From assembly GCA_002269645.1 (NCBI GenBank), contig NIVC01001264.1:1-64000 (forward strand): DNA of 64,000 nucleotides. Reading direction: 5' to 3'. This document shows positions 27,375-38,275 of this stretch, one piece after another. Positions within the stretch are counted from its first letter, which is position 1. Every line of letters begins with the position of its first letter. This DNA is from Macrostomum lignano (taxonomy: Eukaryota). The position numbers and the translations under genes are program-made. A model generated the notes under the pieces. That model was not told the DNA's origin. It saw nothing but the letters and a program-made list of their open reading frames with translations, and made no database searches.

Positions 27375-28106
27375 ATGATGCAGCCATTGCTGCTGCTGCT
27401 GCTGCTGAGCTGCCAGCTGCTGCAGTCGCAGGGCCTGCCGTGTCCCGCACCGTTCACCATGCAGGCCGGTCTGTGCCTGTTCGTGAGCACAGCTCACAGC
27501 CACAGCTGGTGCTCAGCCAATCGGCAGTGCGCATCGATCGGAGGCGAGCTCGTCAACTCGCACAGCTCCATCCAGAAGTTTCGCACTGGGGAAATCCCCA
27601 GTGCCATCTGCAGCTGCGACCTGTGGGTCGGGCTGAGCGACCTGGCCGATGAGAGAAACCGGAGCAGAGCCGGCTGGCAGAGGGTCAACGGAAAAGGCAT
27701 CTTCCCGGAGGACAGCAGCCTATTTCACCCCGGTGAGCCAAATCGTGGAGTTTCCTCCAACTGCCTCCGACTGCACGAAGACAAGACCCTGGCTGACTCC
27801 CATTGCAAATTGAGCTTCGGATTTGCCTGCGAGTTCGCGAGCGATGCCCAACTGCCGACGACTGTCGGCGTCTGGAGGGCCGCCGCCTTCAAGCGAGAGA
27901 GCTTCAACTCCGAGTACTGCTTCACCGATGTGCCGAATGTGAGCAGCGCTGTTGAGTGCGTTGCCGCCGCTATGAGTGACGCCAGCTGCAGACACGTGCT
28001 GTACAACAGCAAGCTGCGAGCCTGCCGCCTGCTGCTGTTCACCGACGCTCAGGTGGAGGTGGAGGTCGAGACGAGCGCCGACTGGGTCAAGTTCCGACTC
28101 GAGTGA
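27375..28106 (+). CDS. Secreted C-type lectin domain + PAN/apple-like domain protein, intronless, 243 aa
   Basis: Signal peptide MMQPLLLLLLLSCQLLQSQG. CTLD with CPAPF..GLC, W..AN.QC, LWVGL and GEPN (EPN motif) through C...C..FACE. C-terminal V.S..EC......C..V.YN....C.L apple-like pattern. Confidence 0.88.
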   Translation: MMQPLLLLLLLSCQLLQSQGLPCPAPFTMQAGLCLFVSTAHSHSWCSANRQCASIGGELVNSHSSIQKFRTGEIPSAICSCDLWVGLSDLADERNRSRAGWQRVNGKGIFPEDSSLFHPGEPNRGVSSNCLRLHEDKTLADSHCKLSFGFACEFASDAQLPTTVGVWRAAAFKRESFNSEYCFTDVPNVSSAVECVAAAMSDASCRHVLYNSKLRACRLLLFTDAQVEVEVETSADWVKFRLE

Positions 28107-28280
28107 CGACAGAAGCCCAGGACCTTGAATTACCGACCCGAAACTGATGTCACTAAGCACTGAGAGTTTTTCTAGCCAATTTAAAATTCCATTTCAAAAT
28201 ACAATCGGGTCAATGCATTGCAAAAGAAATCCGAAGTCACGTTTTCTTTGAGTTACAAAACTTTGTCGTCTAGACAGAGG

Positions 28281-28515
28281 CCCAGGCTCGATTCCAAGTG
28301 CAGTCGCATTAATCTGGGGCTAAATCGGAATCTCGGCTTGGCTCTGCTCGTGCAGTTAACGCCAGCCAGCTTGATGGCCAACCTCCAAGGCACAGTGAAG
28401 TGTACATGCCTAACGATAAATAAAGTTAGTGCCACTGTACACTCCTGTGTGAGTGTGTGCCTGTGCGTATGACTGCGTACGCATCCGCGCGCTTGTGTGC
28501 CTGCTCAGGGGAGTC
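28281..28515 (+). mobile_element. tRNA-derived SINE (family B), 5'-truncated
   Basis: Colinear with 39895-40170: CCCAGGCTCGATTCCAA.TGCAGTC.CATTAATCTGGGGCTAAAT...CACAGTGAAGTGTACATG. Confidence 0.75.
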
Positions 28516-28761
28516 GGTTTTGTGACAATGTGACAATGTAAAAGTAACTGACAACCCCTTTAATACTCTAGCATATAGTCACAAGCATTACGGAATGATA
28601 ATGCTACCTTTCCTGACTAGCCTACTATACCAACACACCCGCGGTTCCCGACGGCTTGGACCGAAATCGTGCCATAGACATTTTTTGCGCTCCACTACGA
28701 GACTGATGGCACAATATCGTGCCAAGCCAGCAAAACCGCACCCGACTGACGATTATTTATA

Positions 28762-29118
28762 CGAGGGGTGTCCCAAAAGTCGGTGCACTTTCTTCACTAT
28801 ACAGCCTTTTCTGACCGATCAGAAATATTTATTTTGTAGCAGTTAACAAGAGAATTATCTGCCAGTTAAAATGACTTTCTATTTATTTCTGTATCTGCTG
28901 GCATTCTTGAGATATGAGCACTTTTATGCCCCGCCCCTGTGCTACTTCTACAAATTGCCATGGACCAAAGCTTTGTACCTGATGCACGAAACAACGAAAT
29001 ATTCAACGAATCAACAAAACATCCTCAGCATGAAAGCTGAGGAAAGAACAGTCAGAAGTTAATCAACATTGTCCTGAGGCTTCTCCACATACTGCACCGA
29101 CTTTTGGGACACCCCTCG
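28762..29118. mobile_element. Tc1/mariner MITE (357 bp)
   Basis: Perfect 26-bp TIR CGAGGGGTGTCCCAAAAGTCGGTGCA with TA TSD at 28760-28761 and 29119-29120. Confidence 0.93.
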
Positions 29119-29339
29119 TAGTTTATGTTCGCATCATCTTTCGCGTAGATAGCACAGCCATTGCAGACTGATATGGACCGTTTTCAATCAATCAATTTTC
29201 AATCAAGTCATCAATAACAAGCTAACTCGCATGTAGACAAGTAGTCAAGCACAGAACTCAAGTCTAAACCTGTTGATTAAAGTTAAAGTTAAAGGGTGCT
29301 GCGCAGAATGTCTGTTGGCAAACTCTGACCCTCTGCCTC

Positions 29340-29700
29340 TGCCTCTCCTTACGTCCCTTGGATCATTTGAAACTTCTATCTTCTCTTCTGTTTCCTCTCT
29401 TCTCTCTCGTTTCTCCTCTCCTCTCTTCTTTCCTCTCTCCTCTCTACTCTTTTCTCTCTCTTCTCTCCTTTCTTCTCTTCTTCTCTCTTCTCAACTCTCT
29501 CCTCTGTACTCTTTTCTTTCCCCTCTTCTGATTCATCCCTTTCCTTTCTCCTCTCTTCTATTGTCTTCTCTACTCTTTTATATATTCTCTCCCTCTCTTC
29601 TTCTCTTCTCTCTCCATTCTCCTCTGTCCTCCTTAATCCCTTATCTCTCCTTTCTCCTCTTTCCTTGTCTCCTCTATTCTCTGAATGTAGAGATTTCTTC
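29340..29700. repeat. CT-rich low-complexity tract
   Basis: Almost exclusively pyrimidines on the + strand. Confidence 0.85.
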
Positions 29701-29769
29701 TATTGTGGTTTGCTTCTAAAGTAATAAATAATTAAAACTGTACGAAACCATTCAAAGCGCCCGTTCAGT

Positions 29770-30050
29770 GCCCATTCTGCGCATGCTGCACTGGTTGAAG
29801 CAGACGCCAGGGCAGAGGGCGGGTAGTCCTGGGCAGGTCTCGCAGACGAAGACATGGTCCTTTTGGTCTGCCCAGCAACGTAGCACGCTCGTCACCGTTT
29901 CCGAGGCCTGGGCTGGCAAGGCGCAGAAAGCCCAGGAAGTTCTTCGTGCCGCCCGCCTGCCGGTACACAACCCAAGCATTCCTAACAAGCACGAGCATCA
30001 GGGGAACTCAAGCTTGTGGAACCAGCTGTAGCGAGCAACTCTGGCTGGTT
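29770..30050 (-). pseudogene. piggyBac transposase C-terminal relic
   Basis: Frameshifted minus-strand W.HKL.F / LVRNAWVVYRQ....FLGF, followed by a Cys-rich tail FVCETCPGLPALCPGVCF typical of the piggyBac C-terminal CRD. Confidence 0.65.
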
Positions 30051-30093
30051 ATTGCGAGTGTTAGTTAGCCCTTAAAAAGGTGGAGAAATAGAA

Positions 30094-33000
30094 TGTGGCT
30101 GTGCCTGTATATTTATTGTCTGGTCACAGATTTCCTGTTCATTGAGTGCGCGTTGGGATGTGCTCGAGCAGAGGGAAGTGGATAGGCTGGGTGGGGGTCA
30201 CGGAGTGCAAACTAGGTGCCCGAACTGCCTGCCTGCGCATGCTACATCCCTCGTCTGGTGGATTGGAACCCGGGTTGGGGGTGGGTACAACATGGGTTCA
30301 TGCTACGCGCGATCGAGTAATCAGTGTCAGTCATTTGAGTCAATGATCAGTCCTTGCTGCTGTTCCGCCTGCTGTCAGATGTCCGGAGCCTTTCGCCGGT
30401 CGCCCTCTTCGTAGCGTTTCGGCGTCTCCTTGGCCTGTCGGGGGTGCGGCCTGTTGGCGAGCGGGACGTCCTGGTCGCCTGTTGGCTCGGGCAGGCCGGT
30501 TGGTTCATCCGGCCGGCTGTTCTGTCCGCTGTCGCGTTCCCCAGGGCCACTCGGCCACTCGTCGGCTGCCTGGGAGACTCGCTTGACGTGGGTGGCGTGC
30601 CTGGAGCACCTCTGGCCGCCCCTCTGAAGCTGCAGGGTGTTGCCGTGGACTTTTGTCACGGTCCATGGCGAGACCTCGAAGAAGGGGTCGGTCTTGCTGC
30701 GGTTGGTGAGCCGGCGGAGTACGAGGTCGCCTTCGGTGATCTGGTGGTCGGTGGCGCCCCTCTTGCTGTCGGCGAAAGCCTTCATCCGCTCCTTGGCCCT
30801 AGAGTCGTGGCCGCGGACGGTCCGTCGCCTGGCATCAACCGGACGGGAGTGGTGCAAGCTGGGGATCGTGTCGTTGAGCTGTCGGCTGAATAGCAGGTCG
30901 GCTGGGGCCATGCCGGTTGATGCGTGCGGTGTTCGCCTGTATGCGGCCAGGTAGTCGTCCAGTGCCACCTGCCAGTCGCTGCCTTCCAGGATCGCCGCTT
31001 TGATTGCCTTATTGAGGCCTCGGTTGCATCGCTCTACGAGTCCGTTGGCTTGGGGATGCAGCGGCGTAGTCCGATGGTGGTGGACGCCCTGGCTGCGCAA
31101 GAAGGCGTTGAATTCTGCGGACGAGAATGGCGGGCCGTTGTCGGTGGTGATCTTGACTGGCTGGCCGAACATGCTGAACCACTGGCGGAGGGTTCGGATG
31201 ACCGGAGCTGCCGCTGTCGACCCCGACATCGTCTGTACCAGTGGGAAACGTGAAAAGTAGTCGGTGCACACCAGCAGCATGTGACCTCTGATGGGTCCCA
31301 GGAAGTCCAGGCCCAGCTCTAGCCACGGCCCCTGCGGCAGCTCAGTCGGCTGGAGTGGGGCTGCCATCAGTTCGGCTGTGTTCGTGCAGACCTTGCAGCT
31401 GAGGCAGGAGTTTACAAAGTTCTTGACGGAGGCCCGCATTGAGGGCCACCAGACCTTTGTCTGGAGGCGTGCCAATGTTTTTTGGACACCCAGGTGGCCC
31501 TGGTGCGCCAGCTGCAGGCAGCGGTAGCGCAGAATGGCAGGAACGACGATTTGGTGCCCTTTGAGCAGGAGTCCGTCGTGTTGTGAGAGCTCGTGCCGCA
31601 AGCCGTGCAGGTTGCGCGTGTCGTGGCTATCAAGTTCCCACCGATGGGACCGGAGCCCGGATACGGCGGCTTGGATTGCCTTGTCGCCTGCGGCGGCAAC
31701 CTTGGTCGTGTCGAGGCTGATGCTGTTCGGCGCTGCTGCCTGTGCTGTCATTGCGATGTAAGCCGTGTCGAGATCCTCGCCCTCGTTGTTCGGCGGTGTT
31801 GGACGTGGCTGGCGGCTCAGGACATCTGCCGGGTTGTCTGCGCCCGGCTGGTAGGTGACTTCGAAGTGGAGATCCTGCAGCCGAAGTGCCATGCGCTCGA
31901 TTCGCGGCGGGGGCCGCGAGCCGGGGCTAAGCAGGCTGACCAGCAGCTTGTGGTCGGTGATGACCTTGAACTTTGGGCAGCCGCTAAGGTAGTGGTGGAA
32001 CTTGAGGCAGCCGAATTTGACGGCCAGCGCCTCCCTCTCTGTCTGCGAGTAGCGCTGCTCGGTGTCACTGAGGCTGCGGCTGGCGTAGGCGATTGGCCTG
32101 GTGAGGCCGCCAGGTTGCACCTGGGCGAGGATCGCCCCGAGGCCGGTCGGGCTGGCGTCGACGACCAACCTGGTCTCGCAGTTCTTGTTGAAGAAGGCAA
32201 GCGTCGAGCTGTGAGCGATCGACTGCTTGATTGACTGAAAGGCTGAGGCTTGCTGTGGGCCCCACGACCATTTCACGCTCTTCTTGGTCAGCTCTCGAAG
32301 TGGCCTCGCTTTGTCGGCGAGGTTTGGGATGAAGCGGGCTACGAATGTGACGAGCCCGAGGAAGGACCGCACCTCCGTTGCATTTTCTGGTCGCTTGAAG
32401 TTGGCCACAGCCTCCAGCTTTTCCTCGGTCGGTTGGATTCCGGCCGCCGAGAGGCGCATGGCCAGGAAGTCGGCCTGTTGGGTTGCAATGCGGCATTTGC
32501 GGGGGTTCAGAGTCACTTTGTGTTGGCGCAGCCTGTCAAGGCAGTTGAGCAGCCTCTCGTTGTGCTCCTTTATGGTGCTGGCGAAGATAATGATGTCGTC
32601 GTGGACCCACCGCACGCCTCTCAAACCGCTCAGGATAGATGTCATGACGCGCTGTAGGATTTCGGATGCTGCGGTAAATCCCATGCAAAGGCGCTTGAGG
32701 CGGAGCAGGCCCAGAGGCGTTGAGAAAGTGAGCAGCTGCCGGAACTCCTCGCTGACCTCGATCTGGTGGAAGGCCTTGGCAACGTCTAGTTCGGAGAAAT
32801 GGGTGGAGCCGGCCATCTCGTCGGTGACTTCTTCGAATGTCGGTATTGGCTGTTTTTCTGGGATGACGTACTTATTGACGTCCCTCAGGTCCTGTGTGAT
32901 GCGGATCTCGCCTGGCGAGGCCTTTGGAACGACCACCATGCATGAACTCCAAGCGCTGGGCCCCGTCACTCGCTCCAGGATGCCGGCTGCTAGCTGGTCC

Positions 33001-33310
33001 TTCAGCTCCTTTTCCACGGCGGTTCGAAGATGCACCTGAACTCGATACGGAGGGTGGCAGACTGGCACCGCTTCTTCCTTCAGCTGGATGCTGACTGAGA
33101 CGCCCTTGATGCAGCCGATTCCTTGAAACCTGTCGCTGAACTTTTTCATGATTGATGACAGTCGCAGGTCTTGCGGAAGGTGCTGGTCGTTGACTGTTGG
33201 TGTCAGTCCGGCGGTGAGAGCTGTCTCGGCTTGCGGTCCGACCCTCAGCATCCCCATCTGCGTGCTTGTTTCGCGACCTAGAATTGTGATGCAGTCTTCT
33301 CTGATGACGA
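30094..33310 (-). mobile_element. 5'-truncated Ty3/Gypsy LTR retrotransposon (pol RT-RH-INT + 3' LTR)
   Basis: Open 960-aa ORF 30375-33257: ELDVAKAFHQI, VHDDII, RNase H DASPTG / TDHKLL, integrase HQGH..C..C, DFLGP, TDNGP, NGLVER. Putative 153-bp 3' LTR at 30094-30246 (TGTAGC...GCCACA on the minus strand, internal AATAAA), preceded by the purine tract AGACGAGGGA. Confidence 0.9.
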
Positions 33311-34115
33311 ATCCGCCTAATCCACGATGCGTCGGTGCCCGCCGGAGACGGCATCAACGACTGCTACACAGAGCGTCAAAGAATGCGGTTTGCAAGCGTC
33401 GATGACCTGACACGGCGCCTGAAGCGCAACTGGTTCATGAGCAAAATTGACCTCAGCCAGGCCTATCGTAGCGTGCGCATTCACCCGGACTGCTACCACC
33501 TGACAGGCATCAAGTGGCACTTCGCGGGTGATCCGCATCCGACCTACTTGGTGGACACCAGACTACCGTTCGATGCATCAGCGTCGGTCAACATTTTTCA
33601 CCGTCTCACCCAGGCTGTTCGGCTCTACATCAGTTCGAAGCTGCGCAACCCGCACAAGCAGGTAGTCGTTGTCTATCTGGACGACTTCTGCGTTGCTGCC
33701 AAGACCTTTGAGAGTTGCTTAGAAGCTCACAACTTGCTGTTGGACTTACTTCCCTCGCTGGGATTCTGCATCAATTGGGAAAAGACCAGCCCACCTGCTA
33801 CGTGCATCACGTTTCTGGGAGTGCAAATCGACAGCACATCCGGTCTGCTGTCCCTGCCGCAGAGCAAGACCGATGAGCTGCGGATGTTGCTACGTGACGG
33901 TCAGAGCGCTAAGAGTTTGTCAAAGCTTCAGCTCCAAAAGCTGGTGGGCAAGATCGGCTGGTTTTGCAAGGTGGCTCGTCCCGCTCGAGTCTTTCTGCGA
34001 ACTCTCTTTGACGTCACCAATGCCATCAACGGGCGTCATCGTCGGATTCCCGTGGCGGGCGAGCTCCGTGCGCAGCTGGACTGGTGGCACTCCGTGTTTG
34101 CTTGCTTTCTCTCTC
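33308..34115 (+). mobile_element. DIRS/Ngaro-type (tyrosine-recombinase retrotransposon) RT fragment
   Basis: RLIHDAS.P.G.GIND, KIDLSQAYR.V.IHP, DTRLPF, YLDDF, TCITFLGVQIDS, LQKLVG, LDWW. Truncated at both ends. Confidence 0.85.
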
Positions 34116-34250
34116 CGTTGTTGATGCAGAGAGAGAAAGCAAGCAAACACGGAGTGCCTCTCCGTTGTTGATGCAGAGAGAGAAGCAAGCAAACACGGAG
34201 TGCCTCTCCGTTGTTGCTGCAGAGAGAGAAGCAAGCAAACACGGAGTGCC
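34086..34250. repeat. Perfect 30-bp hairpin plus tandem copies of its right arm
   Basis: 34086-34115 is the reverse complement of 34129-34158 (13-nt loop). The loop plus right arm (~46 bp) is then repeated twice more. Confidence 0.9.
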
Positions 34251-34695
34251 GGGGTGGCAAAGGGTCTAAGCTAAGGCTGGCTCACGAAAGCACAAGAGGG
34301 AGACAGCTGACTGACAAAGAGCGGGCTGGGGGTGGGTGCGCACGGAGAACTTAATTTCAGGCTAACATAATTTATGCGCGGCTTTTCTATTGGCCGAAGG
34401 GAAAAACAAACATTATCGATCGCCTACTGTACTTAGGCTTTACAAACGTACGCAAGTTATTTAAAATTCTTTGGTCGCTACTTTAAGCAGACGTGATCGA
34501 GTACGGAACCATTAAATTAACAATATTACAGATTTGTACCGTATGTTAAAACGGCCCTTGACGGGGCTACTAAAATTGACAACGTACGTGTCACAGCAAT
34601 AGCATCGTGTTAAAAATATAGCTTTGAAGAAATGAAGGCCATGCATTTGAACTTGCATGTATTGTGCATTATGGATGAAGAACATAGCGCATTGC

Positions 34696-36009
34696 TAAAT
34701 GGTTGGCCTATAGGCTGGAATAGGCTAGGGCCTAGTTAGCACTAGTCATTAAATAAATCAATGAATCCTTCAAATATAGGCCCTAAGCACACAGTGTTTT
34801 TATTTAAAATCCGTGGTTGAAGCAAGTTGCAACATAATTTAATTAAAATTCCGTATAGCCTACAACGTCAACAATGTTGGGCCGTATCGAATCGGGGGGG
34901 GGCTAATTACGCTTGTTTCGTAGAAACCGATGCCTTGGTATAGCTTTGGTTGTACATATTTTGGTGCAAGGGGCACAAGGGCAAAGCCTGTAACTTTAAG
35001 ATAGGTGCATATTGGTCACTTCAAGAATATTTTTTTAAAAGTTTAGAAGATGAAAGATTGCGAAAAAAATTCTAGTGATAGCTCGTATATTTGTTTTTCC
35101 TTTTATAAACGGTTGTCTTGACATCGGAATTGTGTTGCAATTGTGACGATTTATCCGGCAGACTCGAAAATGATTAACGAAGACAACACGGCAGAGCCAA
35201 AATTTGTAGCGGTAGCACTTGATGATAGTACATGTACAACTGATGCGGGCAATGGGCCGCAGTCTTGTTTATTGTAACTATATGAGAGGATAGTTATAGG
35301 CTTGCTATTATCAGTTCCGTCTGGGCGGTCAACAGAGAAAGGGCAGAGTTATTGCTGAATCCGTAAGGAATGCACTGGCGGCTACACAACAATAAGATAG
35401 ATAAATTCTGGTAGGCAGCAATAGAGTGAGTCGATGAGCCTGAGGCAATGGTAACGGTGTGATGGCGATGAACGTGTAGTGGCGGTGCTCGCAGCGAGAG
35501 CTCGTAGACAGTAGAGTGGCGTGACTGAGGCTTGGCAGAGGCGTGGTTTAGACCCACGGCGGGAGTGAGGCGGGAGTAAGTTACAGGCTATGCCCTTGTG
35601 CCCCTTGCACCAAAATATGTACAACCAAAGCTATACAAGGCATCGGTTTCTACGAAACAAGCGTAATTAGCCCCCCCCCCGATTCGATATGGCCCAACAT
35701 TGTTGACGTTGTAGGCTATACGGAATTTCAACTAAATTATGTTGCTTCAACCACGGATTTTAAATAAAAAAATGTGTGTATAGGCTTAGGTCCTATATTT
35801 GAAGGATTCATTGATTTATTTAATGACTAGTGCTAACTAGGCCCTAGCCTATTCCAACGGTGTAGGACCAAGACCGCCACACACCAAGACCGCCACACTT
35901 GGGGGAGCTAGGGGGAGGAATTTGGCTCGCCATGTTATTGGATGGTGCTGGGGGAGGGGTGTGTGGCGGTCTTGGTCGTGCGCCATTCCAACTATAGGCC
36001 TACCATTTA
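34696..36009. mobile_element. Foldback element with ~300-bp inverted arms and ~580-bp spacer
   Basis: 34696-34995 is the near-perfect reverse complement of 35578-35858 plus 35985-36009. No TSD identified. Confidence 0.8.
35859..35984. mobile_element. 126-bp mini-MITE with GG termini and 8-bp TSD (Merlin-like by structure)
   Basis: 26-bp TIR GG(T/C)G(T/C)A(G/C)GACCAAGACCGCCACACAC with 3 mismatches. TSD ATTCCAAC at 35851-35858 and 35985-35992. It interrupts the right arm of the foldback. Confidence 0.75.
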
Positions 36010-38115
36010 TTGGGCCTAGTTTTAGGAGAAAAAATAGATGCTGACTTTAGGACTATAGCCTAGATATAACATAGCAAAAATACTCTCATGCATTTTTGGC
36101 CTATGGCTGATTTCTGCAGGTATTTTTGCAAAGGTTTTAATGATTTAAATTATATTTAGACTTATTTTCATTAGTAAATAATAAAACTAAAAAGATAAAG
36201 CTGACAAGAAACATTTTCTTTTTTAAGTCAAGTATTTCATATTTGTGGAAACCAATGCCATGCCACAAAATGATACCAATGGCAAAAAAACTAAAAACTT
36301 TTTTTCCACAATGCCAATATGTTTTGCTGAATATAGCATTGTCAAGTAGGCCTAGATTCCTAGAATAAAATATTTGTGAAAACCAATAGACCATATGATT
36401 GTTTAGAAGGCGACATGTATACATACGGGTGCAGCCGAAATCGTCATATTCAAAATCGTCATATGATGATGACGACTTGAACAATTCTGGAAGACTTAAA
36501 CATTTAAATATGATGACTTTGGCCAAAGGCAAAGGTGTGTTAATTTAGGATTTCCATACTAAGCATGTCAACTAATGCTGATTGCTGACTACTGAGACTA
36601 TAATTTAATAATAGAACAGTAGAAGGGATGACGAATATCAAAAAACAAGTTTATGCGAAGAGAACAGTAGCAAAGAATGCGAGTTTAAGGTTATATTTCA
36701 TATTCGTTGATATAAGCATCAATTATTGGCAATCAGAGCACTCTGTGCTGCCAACATTGACAACTATCACACTGAAAGCCATGTTGCTTTGGTCGAACTT
36801 CTTTGTGACAAACTATGCATGGATACATTGCCTTCAGTAGGCCCTAAGTGTTTATTTATCAGTTCACAATTCATCAACACTCCAGTAGAGTTTGCCCCTG
36901 TTTATAAAGTTAATCTACAGTAAAAGCGTTGCAGGAGTGCTCAAAATTTAGTTTAACCATATGCATGTACATATATATCTCTACTCTCATTCATGCAATA
37001 TATACACATGTACATCATTGTAAGATCACAGAACTCAATGTACACTGTTACATTGTACAAGGTATACAATGTACATGCATGATCGAGATTATACTGCCCT
37101 GGCCTATAAAGGCTCGTTTAATTTGACTCCTTTACGTATTTGACTGCATGATTTTGATGGCTTGTTTGATGGTAAGTGTGAATAAGCCTAGAGTTATAAA
37201 TCATTTTAATTTGTTTGCAACACGCTGTCGCCATGAGCTAAGATCCTTGCGCAGCCAATGCAACGCAATATGGCAATTTAATGAATGCAGCATTGTCCAA
37301 TACTGAGGTGATGACAATTTAGATAATTTAGTTGTTTTTCTCGTAAGCCACAGATGACGATCTCGAATATGACGACTTTGGCTAGAACTACACATACACC
37401 AAGAATAAGATTTCTTGGTATACAACAAGGCAAGAGTAGAGAGTACTTACAATTTTCAGCATACAGTAAGGTATATCCCAATGTACATGACATAGTGGAA
37501 CATTCTATCAAATTTCAATGATAGGCCTAGGCCCTAATTTTTTTATATTAGCATATAACATAAACCTGGTATACAAATGAGGTTTTTTCATTTTTTTATA
37601 CACTAGGCCTAATATAAATCCAAACTATGGCCATTATAGTAAGATAAGCTAAATATAAATATGAATTATAAATTAGAATATAGTATAAAAAGGTATATTT
37701 GCATAAAGTTAAGGCCTAATTTAGGCCTACAAGTTGATAGAGCTAAAAAATTCTAATGTGCACACTGCTGCTTCTCCTTGCTAATTAAATGTTAAAAGGT
37801 TTACAGTTTTTTATGTATATGCCATAGTTTGAAAGGCAATATATATGCCAGGATTTCTTGGCAACAATAAGAATCTTATCTTTTTTTAGCATACATTAGA
37901 GTATATCCTAGTATACATGACACAGCATATACATTAGGTCAAATGACAATTTTTTTGTATTGTCATAGAAACCTGGCATACAAATGAGGTCTCATCATTT
38001 TTCTGGCATTAAACCCAGCATAGGCCTATACTAATATATGATCTAAACCATGGACGGCAGGAGCTTGCGGCACTGAGGGCACATGCCACCCCCCCCCTAG
38101 AAAATGAGTCCACAT

Positions 38116-38275
38116 CATACATGCGCAACTTCTGAAATTATGCTGGCCATGCGACTTAGTTTTCGATCAAAAATGCGACTTACCTATGTAAGAAAGCTAA
38201 ACAAAGAATTGTGGCTAAATGGCAGGAGTAACTATGACCATATTTTAAAGGCCTCGCCAGCTAATTAGTGCAGAT
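38116..38275. mobile_element. Partial second copy of the 15019-15315 MITE (opposite orientation)
   Basis: Starts CATACATGCGCAAC and continues TGCGACTTAGTTTT...AAAAATGCGACTTAC...GGCAGGAGTAACTATGAC, matching the reverse complement of ~15130-15315. Confidence 0.75.

Noticed and set aside
28672-28687. 16-bp match TGCCATAGACATTTTT to the Gypsy LTR (reverse complement)
   Set aside because: One or two such matches are expected by chance in an all-against-all 64-kb comparison, and it does not extend.
29285-30075. TTAA sites as boundaries of the piggyBac relic
   Set aside because: The adjacent sequences are not inverted repeats and lack TTAA-CCC...GGG-TTAA polarity.
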